IMG/VR virus record: IMGVR_UViG_3300048838_000710
Location: 1-39,837 of that record
Strand: one strand, 5' to 3'
From: a virus
Taxonomy: Duplodnaviria; Caudoviricetes
DNA length: 39,837 nucleotides
Shown here: positions 33,723 through 39,837 of the stretch, piece after piece
Layout: each line of letters opens with the position of its first letter
How positions within the stretch are numbered: the stretch's first letter is position 1
The notes under the pieces: generated by a model
The model's database searches: none
What the model was told of the DNA's origin: nothing
What the model saw: the letters and a program-made list of their open reading frames with translations, nothing else
Position numbers and translations under genes: made by a program

Positions 33723-34084
33723 TAACCAGTGGTGGTAGATTGTTTTCTCGGCTTGTGCATTTCCTCCCAGTTGTCTATCACAACTTCCTTGCTTTTTCCC
33801 TTGAATGGTCGATAGAACACAAAGGGAGGTTTTTTTTCAACCAACACTTCACCTCTTTTAATTGCACTGTAGATCGCTCCAAGATCAACGGTTACGCTCT
33901 TTAGTTCCCCCGCCTCATACTTCCTGCAAAATGCGTCCAGCGTCTCCTGCGTTATAACGTCGCTCATTCTGCTCGGAAGTCGATCATTCGCCCTAAGGAA
34001 AATCTCAACTCTGGTCCAGCTATCGTTTGGAAATTTGGAGTCTGAGAATTGATGATTCATCTTCTTACTAATAATTCTCCACAC
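33722..34084 (-). CDS. Hypothetical protein (start uncertain)
   Basis: TAATG coupling to the next gene. Confidence 0.6.
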   Translation of the reverse strand: MWRIISKKMNHQFSDSKFPNDSWTRVEIFLRANDRLPSRMSDVITQETLDAFCRKYEAGELKSVTVDLGAIYSAIKRGEVLVEKKPPFVFYRPFKGKSKEVVIDNWEEMHKPRKQSTTTG

Positions 34085-34824
34085 GGTACGTGCATAAGCA
34101 TTGGTTCATCCTTTTTGCCATACCGCACTTTCAAGCCACACTCTGGGCACTCATACTTTATTAGCGTGCTTCGTCCTTTCTTCTCCTTACCCATCATGTC
34201 GGCAAAGAACTTGAACCAGTCGAACTCGTTGGGTTCACCTCTCGGCACATCGTCAGGCGGTTTTAGTCCCCATGAGGTCAGTAGGATTCCCACTGGAGAA
34301 TCGACACTGGCGACTGCGTAATGTGCTCCCTTACTGTCGCAATGCAAGCCAATATCCTCTAACTTGTCAGTAAATTCTTTGTTGTGGGTCACTTTAGACC
34401 TTTGGGTAAATGGATCTTTGCCCTTGAGCTGTTGCCAGTGGTGGGCCAGCTCATGAATTAAAGTCTCGCCCTTTGCCCATTCCCCATACCGCCATTCCTT
34501 GCCATTCTCTCCGTCGATGTAGTGCTTCTCGTTGAAGTCGATGCGAAAGGGTAAGCCCACGGCATCAGGAACTAATTTGTAGGCGGCGAGGGTGTGCTTG
34601 TTTCTTAGATCAGTTACACCAAACACCACATCAGGTAGCTTCTCAAAGCCTTGAATGTCCGAGTAGAATCTTGCATTTATTTCCTTTGAGCGTCTGTAGA
34701 ATTGGTCCACCTCGCGAGAATAGTCCCAAGTCTCATTTTCTGTCGCCACGCGATGCATTTCATCCGCCGGCGTGTATGCAGGCTTTAAAATTCCTTTGTC
34801 AGTAATCGTTACTCCCCGTTCCAT
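34057..34824 (-). CDS. SprT-like zinc metalloprotease
   Basis: TLIHELAHHWQ (HExxH), HNKEF, C-terminal YECPECG zinc ribbon. Confidence 0.85.
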   Translation of the reverse strand: MERGVTITDKGILKPAYTPADEMHRVATENETWDYSREVDQFYRRSKEINARFYSDIQGFEKLPDVVFGVTDLRNKHTLAAYKLVPDAVGLPFRIDFNEKHYIDGENGKEWRYGEWAKGETLIHELAHHWQQLKGKDPFTQRSKVTHNKEFTDKLEDIGLHCDSKGAHYAVASVDSPVGILLTSWGLKPPDDVPRGEPNEFDWFKFFADMMGKEKKGRSTLIKYECPECGLKVRYGKKDEPMLMHVPCGELLVRR

Positions 34825-35167
34825 AAAATGCGTCCATAAACCTCTCTCGATCTTCTTCGTCGTCTAGGCAAAGTCCATCTAACTCTGTTATCACCTCGGC
34901 GGTTCTTCTCACCATCAGCTTTGATACATCTGTCAAAGCCTTGTTGTAACCAAGTATCAACATCACCTGCTCTTGTCGGGCGTGGGGATCTGCGATCTGG
35001 TGCAGATTGCAGTAATCAACTCTGAGGTCGTCGATCTGGTCGAGTATGGGTTTTTCGGATTCTTCAGGAGGATTGCCGATGAGGATTCGGGCATTGAATG
35101 GACACCGCTCGCATAGCACGTTATTTTCTGGAGCAGGTGTTGGGTAATCTGATTCAATGTCGTGCAT
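34799..35167 (-). CDS. Hypothetical protein
   Basis: TGC-TAGACT 5 nt before the ATG; CERC motif. Confidence 0.65.
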   Translation of the reverse strand: MHDIESDYPTPAPENNVLCERCPFNARILIGNPPEESEKPILDQIDDLRVDYCNLHQIADPHARQEQVMLILGYNKALTDVSKLMVRRTAEVITELDGLCLDDEEDRERFMDAFYGTGSNDY

Positions 35168-35188
35168 AAATTAGTCTAGCATAGTAGG

Positions 35189-35323
35189 TCAATTCCTCGC
35201 TCCGCATTCTTTGCAAAGCACTTTTCTGTAATCCCAAGCTCTGAGCTTGCCATCACATTCACACTTGTCTACTCCGATCAACAAACACTTGATGAAGTAC
35301 CTAAGTAATCGTAGAAATTTCAT
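35189..35323 (-). CDS. 44-aa zinc-ribbon protein absent from the ORF track
   Basis: MKFLRLL...KCECDG...LCKECGARN; ATGA overlap with the rusA stop. Confidence 0.55.
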   Translation of the reverse strand: MKFLRLLRYFIKCLLIGVDKCECDGKLRAWDYRKVLCKECGARN

Positions 35324-35688
35324 ATCATCAAGTTAATCTCAGTTATATCTTCGGGCTGTTCCTTATACTTCCTCGCGGTCACTGTCACTATCTGGTCATC
35401 ATCTTTCAGGATTCTAGCCATCTGGAGTAGGTCGAATATTCCGGAGAGTTTGTTGTCGATGTCTGCCTTACGCTTGCCTCTTAAAAGGAATGTTATATCT
35501 ACTGCCAAATCTTTAGTGATAGTCGCCCTCTTGCCATGCCACTGTTTTTTGAGTTGATTGAGGGCATCATTTTCAAACGAATGCCAGGCATCGCTGGAAA
35601 CAACAAAAGGCTTGTTGGTTCTTCTATTACGCCAGATCTGCTTACTGTTTTTCTTCGACGGCACGTATCCTTTAATGGTTAGTAGCAT
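35320..35688 (-). CDS. rusA: RusA-family Holliday junction resolvase
   Basis: VPSKKNS, ADIDNKLSGIFDLL, ILKDDDQI catalytic Asp motifs. Confidence 0.88.
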   Translation of the reverse strand: MLLTIKGYVPSKKNSKQIWRNRRTNKPFVVSSDAWHSFENDALNQLKKQWHGKRATITKDLAVDITFLLRGKRKADIDNKLSGIFDLLQMARILKDDDQIVTVTARKYKEQPEDITEINLMI

Positions 35689-35815
35689 AGTTCATGATAA
35701 AGATCAGCATACCGATAATCAAGGCAGTTACAATCCAAACAAAAAGGGCATACTTCGTGCCCCCTTCAACCTGTTCGGCTTCCTGCTTCCAGTCATTGTA
35801 AAAGTCATCTGTCAT
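35672..35815 (-). CDS. 47-aa single-TM protein absent from the ORF track
   Basis: MTDDFYNDW...YALFVWIVTALIIGMLIFIM; ATGA overlap upstream. Confidence 0.55.
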   Translation of the reverse strand: MTDDFYNDWKQEAEQVEGGTKYALFVWIVTALIIGMLIFIMNYATNH

Positions 35816-36003
35816 TTTTTCTTGTAATATTCTTCCTCAACTGGTGCGTACCCTGGAACAATCAACTGATAGAGTATTTCTACCACCTGTTTTCTCTGCT
35901 TGGGTTCAAGCAGGTGCATGTTTGTGAGAAAAGCAACCACCATCTTATGGTGCTGAACGTCTGGTATCTCCTCGACTATCAATTTTGATTTTAGTTGTGT
36001 CAT
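35812..36003 (-). CDS. Hypothetical protein (start ATG 36003)
   Basis: ATGA overlaps on both sides. Confidence 0.55.
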   Translation of the reverse strand: MTQLKSKLIVEEIPDVQHHKMVVAFLTNMHLLEPKQRKQVVEILYQLIVPGYAPVEEEYYKKK

Positions 36004-36137
36004 TTTGGTTCTTCTACTGGCAAACATTGATCTTTGCAGGCAGGGCAGATTGAGTGATCTCTACTCATAGGTACTGAGCAACAATTTGAAATGTGCCCCC
36101 TGTCGATCTTCTTCTTTGCTTTGCTAGTTTGTTTCAT
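36000..36137 (-). CDS. 45-aa Cys-rich protein absent from the ORF track
   Basis: ISNCCSVPM...ICPACKDQC. Confidence 0.55.
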   Translation of the reverse strand: MKQTSKAKKKIDRGHISNCCSVPMSRDHSICPACKDQCLPVEEPK

Positions 36138-36168
36138 ATATGTCGGTTATTGGGCGTTCTGTGACTAT

Positions 36169-36636
36169 TCACAGTCCATGGCAATGTTTACTTGCTAACC
36201 AAGGTTGCCATCCTCTTCTCAGAAAAATCCTCTTTGCACAACTGATGTTGTCTTTTGCGTCTAGGACATCACCCGTACAACCGTTGCTCTCCCAAGTCCC
36301 ATCAATTATCTGGAACAGTCCTTTGGCACTGGAGTTAGGGTTTCGTGCTTCTTCGTTCCAACTACTCTCACACATTATGACTCTATTCGCATCATTTGCG
36401 TGCCTCCCAAACACTTCATCAACCCATTCTTCAGCTGTCGGAGTCGGTGTTGGTTCCATCATACCGAGCTCGTCCTCGACATGATCTTCTTTAGCCTCCG
36501 CGATAGCGACAATTGGATTAGGATTAGTTATCGTTACTGTTTCTGTTCGCGTCAGCACATAGTTCACATAGACTGGAATCTGGACCAGCATCATTATTGC
36601 TACTATTATTTTGGTTATGTCTTTACCTTGTTTCAT
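36169..36636 (-). CDS. Membrane-anchored lytic transglycosylase (SLT/lysozyme-like)
   Basis: N-terminal hydrophobic anchor; CESSWN...SSAKGLFQII...GWQPW. Confidence 0.85.
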   Translation of the reverse strand: MKQGKDITKIIVAIMMLVQIPVYVNYVLTRTETVTITNPNPIVAIAEAKEDHVEDELGMMEPTPTPTAEEWVDEVFGRHANDANRVIMCESSWNEEARNPNSSAKGLFQIIDGTWESNGCTGDVLDAKDNISCAKRIFLRRGWQPWLASKHCHGL

Positions 36637-37043
36637 TTCTCCTGATTTAATAATTCGGGATTTTCGTAAATGTTGCCGATAATCTCAAATCTACCACCTT
36701 CTATTATTATTTCTTGATATTCGTCATTCGTATAAAATCCATAGGCACTATATTCTTGATAATTTATATAACATTCTCCAAATTTAACTTCTCCTGATCG
36801 ATATGTCGATTTTAAAATATCCCCCTCATAAATCTCCTTGCCGTTCTTGTCGAGTAATCCAGTGAACTCTCCAACAGATTCTGGATCTACTGTATAGTTA
36901 AAAGATCTTATCTGTGTTTTTTCTTCAACTATTTCAACTGTTCCGTCGGTGTAGTGTAAAAGGTCGCCATATACCCATCTGCGACAATCTGCCCATGTTC
37001 CAAAACCTCTAAATTTTATTTCTCGTTGTTTATCTTTTGTCAT
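36633..37043 (-). CDS. YopX-family protein
   Basis: REIKFRG...WVYGDL...FTGLLDKNGKEIYEGDIL...EIIGNIYENPELL. Confidence 0.92.
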   Translation of the reverse strand: MTKDKQREIKFRGFGTWADCRRWVYGDLLHYTDGTVEIVEEKTQIRSFNYTVDPESVGEFTGLLDKNGKEIYEGDILKSTYRSGEVKFGECYINYQEYSAYGFYTNDEYQEIIIEGGRFEIIGNIYENPELLNQEK

Positions 37044-37104
37044 ATTGTTTTAAATTCTTTGGCTTCCCCCCAGCCCTCGCAAGCCTAGGGGGAGAACAAA
37101 AAAG

Positions 37105-37449
37105 TTAAACCCACTTCACCGGATGTTTTTCACCGCTTGTGCAAAAGAAGCCTTTCCATGTTTTGCCTGCTTTGCTAGTGCCAGTTTTATATTCCATTGG
37201 CTGACCACACACTTCACACTTAGGGTTTGCGTCTGGTGCGTTGGCTGTTCCTGAACCAACAAATTTATCTGTTGGGTCTGATACTTCGATTGGACCCTCC
37301 TCGACCTTTTCGGCGTACTCCATAGCTTTCTCTATGCCCTTTGTTATATGGGTCCACTTCTCGGCTCTAACTACAATCTGTTGATCTCTGTTAGCTCCCA
37401 CAAACTTAGACCATTGAAACTTGGGATAGCCTTTTGATTCATCTGTCAT
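37105..37449 (-). CDS. Hypothetical protein with C-terminal zinc ribbon
   Basis: CEVCGQPM...GKTWKGFFC; GGAGGTGA SD. Confidence 0.7.
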   Translation of the reverse strand: MTDESKGYPKFQWSKFVGANRDQQIVVRAEKWTHITKGIEKAMEYAEKVEEGPIEVSDPTDKFVGSGTANAPDANPKCEVCGQPMEYKTGTSKAGKTWKGFFCTSGEKHPVKWV

Positions 37450-37634
37450 TTGCTATCACCTCCCATCAATTCGTTATTCATTATTTTGATAGCTTCTTGC
37501 TCCTCGAATCCTGATAGTCCGAAAACTTCTGTAACCATTTTTCTTTGTAGCTTGTTGATTCTGTCTGTTTCAATATCCATTCTGATTTTGTCCTCAGTGG
37601 TCTCAAATCCTCTGTCGTTATTAAATCTTGTCAT
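37446..37634 (-). CDS. Hypothetical protein
   Basis: ATGA overlaps on both sides. Confidence 0.6.
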   Translation of the reverse strand: MTRFNNDRGFETTEDKIRMDIETDRINKLQRKMVTEVFGLSGFEEQEAIKIMNNELMGGDSK

Positions 37635-37864
37635 TGATTCCTTTCTAGTTGTTTTGTCATGTATTCAATCCACTCATCTCGTATTTCTTGCATGCCCTCG
37701 TATCGACCCATTTCGTAGGCGTGTTTTAGTATTCTCTCGACTATTTCTTTTAATTCTTCTCTATCTAGTACGACCATGTTTAAGATGTGGTCTGCATGGG
37801 GTTTAGGATCAAAAAAGCTCCCCTTTCGAGAAGCTGTTTGTGACTTGTCTTTTCCTTTGGTCAT
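37631..37864 (-). CDS. Hypothetical protein, first gene of an early operon
   Basis: TTGACA-N17-CAATAT promoter 5 nt before the ATG. Confidence 0.65.
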   Translation of the reverse strand: MTKGKDKSQTASRKGSFFDPKPHADHILNMVVLDREELKEIVERILKHAYEMGRYEGMQEIRDEWIEYMTKQLERNQ

Positions 37865-37917
37865 GATTTATATTGACATAACGTTGACCTATTGTCAACA
37901 GGCAATTTGAACCTAAC

Positions 37918-38106
37918 CTAGACCAATTTTTGAAGTTCCTCTGGATACTTTCTCTCGACCAGCTCCTTGATTTTGTAGGCGGCTGGATAAGATATCTCGT
38001 ACTCTACCAGTAGTTGATTTAGTGGCTCTCCGTCGATTTGCCACCTCTTATATAGCTCAAGGTTGCGGTCATACTTCTCGTTTAGCTGTCTTTTATTTGT
38101 TGCCAT
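37918..38106 (-). CDS. Small HTH-like (Mor/homeodomain-like) DNA-binding protein; start ATG 38106
   Basis: RNLELYKRW..GEPLNQLLVEYEISYPAAYKI. Confidence 0.6.
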   Translation of the reverse strand: MATNKRQLNEKYDRNLELYKRWQIDGEPLNQLLVEYEISYPAAYKIKELVERKYPEELQKLV

Positions 38107-38449
38107 TTTCAGATTTAAAACCTTTCCCCATGCACCAGTCGAAAGTTCCATCGGGCAACTTCTTTCCATGCGAGAAAAACTTAGCTCCTCCCTTATTAGT
38201 ACGTTCTTTCATAGGAGCATTATGCAATAAACACATATTCGAATCCGCTTCTTTCAACTCTTTCACTTCCGCTGATTGCCGTATAGTTGGAGGAGTGAAT
38301 CCGTGTTCGTCCATGAGGTCTATTAGTGTCTTAGCGTCTTTGAGCATGGCATAGACTATTTGCTGGTCTTCGAGTCCAGTCTGGATCACCTTAACAGGGT
38401 AATCCTTATAAGCTCCTACAACTTCCACGCTCGGTAGGTTTTCGGTCAT
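38093..38449 (-). CDS. Hypothetical protein divergent from the integrase, C-terminal C/H zinc motif
   Basis: TGA-TACCAT 5 nt before ATG 38449; CLLH...SH...WC. Confidence 0.65.
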   Translation of the reverse strand: MTENLPSVEVVGAYKDYPVKVIQTGLEDQQIVYAMLKDAKTLIDLMDEHGFTPPTIRQSAEVKELKEADSNMCLLHNAPMKERTNKGGAKFFSHGKKLPDGTFDWCMGKGFKSENGNK

Positions 38450-38499
38450 GGCGTATGGTATCATGGTGTCAAAGTAGGTTGTCAATAGGGGTTGTAACT

Positions 38500-39588
38500 G
38501 TGAAGCGTAGAGAGCAAGGCGAGGGAACTGTATATCCTCAGCGCGATAAATGGATCGCTCAACTCACCCTGCCGAATGGCAAACGCCGCTCAAAAAGTTG
38601 CGAGTCAAAAAAAGAAGCCCTCAACTGGTTGTCGGCGGAAAAAAGTAAAATCAATCAAGGACTTTTTGTAGCCGATAACCGTCTACGAATTGGCGACTTT
38701 TTGGCGAGCTACATGAGCGGCGTGGCGGAGCATACCCTGCGCCCAACTACACTCCAAGCCCACTACTCTTTAATCAATAATCACATAGTCCCCGAACTGG
38801 GCAATATTCGCTTGTCTGATCTGCAACCCAATCAGGTGCAAGCGTTTTATGCACAGAAACTTGATGAGGGATTATCTAAGCGTACGGTCCAGTATCTCCA
38901 TGCGATACTTCATAAAGCCCTTAATCAAGCCCTACGGTGGGGACTGGTGGTTAGAAATGTTACTGACCTAGTGGATGTTCCATCACCCGAAAGACGCTCT
39001 CCTCATGTGTGGACTGTCGCCGAAGTGCAAACATTTCTCTTAGCAGTCTCGGATCATCGTTGGTATCCAATCTATGTGATCGCGATTTACTGCGGACTAA
39101 GAAAGGGCGAAATATTGGGATTATCGAAAAGCGATATTGATCTGTCGCGAGGGGTGATTCGTGTAAGACACCAAGTAACACAAGTGCAGGGACTTGGGTC
39201 TGTTATCTCTGAGCCGAAGACTGAAAAAGCGAAACGTCAAGTAACCATCTCGGAGTTTCCGATCCAAGTGCTCCGCGATCATCTTAACTCACTCAAAGAT
39301 AATCAATCACTCTTATTTGCCACTGCTTCGGGTAAACCTCTAAGCTCTCGCAATGTGGTCCGGCACTTCAAAAGTGTTATTGAATCCACTGGATTACCCG
39401 ACATTCGATTCCATGATCTAAGACATACCCATGCGACATTACTATTGTCGGCTGGAACACATCCAAAAGTTGTGCAGGAAAGATTAGGTCATAGTCAGAT
39501 TAGTTTGACACTCTCGACCTACTCCCATGTGATGCCAGGAATCCAAGAAAAAGCTGCCGATGACTTCCAAAGAATCATGGACAATTAA
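38500..39588 (+). CDS. int: Tyrosine recombinase/integrase
   Basis: GEGTVY arm-binding N terminus; GLRKGE, PKT, HDLRHTHAT, LGHS and TYSH catalytic residues; probable GTG start at 38500. Confidence 0.97.
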   Translation: MKRREQGEGTVYPQRDKWIAQLTLPNGKRRSKSCESKKEALNWLSAEKSKINQGLFVADNRLRIGDFLASYMSGVAEHTLRPTTLQAHYSLINNHIVPELGNIRLSDLQPNQVQAFYAQKLDEGLSKRTVQYLHAILHKALNQALRWGLVVRNVTDLVDVPSPERRSPHVWTVAEVQTFLLAVSDHRWYPIYVIAIYCGLRKGEILGLSKSDIDLSRGVIRVRHQVTQVQGLGSVISEPKTEKAKRQVTISEFPIQVLRDHLNSLKDNQSLLFATASGKPLSSRNVVRHFKSVIESTGLPDIRFHDLRHTHATLLLSAGTHPKVVQERLGHSQISLTLSTYSHVMPGIQEKAADDFQRIMDN

Positions 39589-39596
39589 GCTGTTTT

Positions 39597-39616
39597 GTTT
39601 GCGTAGTGTTTGCTTA
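39597..39616 (+). promoter_or_regulatory. Probable integrase arm-type binding sites (right pair)
   Basis: GTTTGCGTA (39597-39605) and GTTTGCTTA (39608-39616), 11-bp period. Confidence 0.65.
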
Positions 39617-39711
39617 GTTCCCCAATTAAACACCCCGATCAACCCTCTGGTGGTGTCTTAAATCTCTTTAAATACACTTTAAACGGGATTAAATGGCATG
39701 ATGTCCATTTT

Positions 39712-39753
39712 CTCTTAATCAATTGGTTGTAGGTTCAAATCCTACCAGGGTCA
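39712..39753 (+). repeat. attR: displaced 3' half of the host tRNA-Lys
   Basis: CTCTTAATCAATTGGTTG-TAGGTTCAAATCCTA-CCAGGGTCA. Confidence 0.93.
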
Positions 39754-39837
39754 TGACAAACCAAGCGGCCGGATTGGTTGACTCACTTCTGTATTTGGTT
39801 TGTAAGATGCGTCGATTAGGTCGGGGTAGTTTCTTGC

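Larger units (their letters stand above)
109..39753. mobile_element. Complete integrated prophage (podovirus/P22-like morphogenesis genes)
   Basis: Bounded by a direct repeat of the tRNA 3' half; contains integrase, terminase, portal, capsid, lysis and replication genes. Confidence 0.95.

Noticed and set aside
37056-37104. Hairpin between yopX and the upstream gene as a terminator for the early operon
   Set aside because: The stem is real, but on the coding (minus) strand the T run precedes rather than follows it, so function cannot be assigned.
39712-39753. Second tRNA gene
   Set aside because: Only the 3' half is present; it is attR.

Overview
The window is almost exactly one complete temperate prophage of about 39.6 kb, integrated in a tRNA-Lys(CTT) gene. 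attL is in the intact tRNA at 79-150, attR is the displaced 3' tRNA fragment at 39712-39753, and a tyrosine integrase lies next to attR. Most genes are on the minus strand. From right to left they are: an early/accessory region (YopX, transglycosylase, RusA, SprT-like protease), a BstXI-family restriction-modification pair, a podovirus/P22-like virion module with an oddly placed portal, a 1074-aa repeat/LamG fibre protein, a lysis cassette, HNH and metallophosphoesterase genes, a relaxase + VirD4-like coupling-protein module divergent from a membrane-anchored regulator, and a replication initiator with internal iterons. The most striking unexplained signal is non-coding. A 10-11 nt word (AAGCGTTGTG) sits at the predicted +1 of three morphogenesis promoters. 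Its exact complement is displayed in the loop of a terminator/antiterminator leader upstream of the scaffold-capsid genes, which suggests an RNA-RNA regulatory circuit in a phage with no recognisable CI repressor. All product calls come from motif recognition by eye and all folds were paired by hand; no database search or folding program was run.
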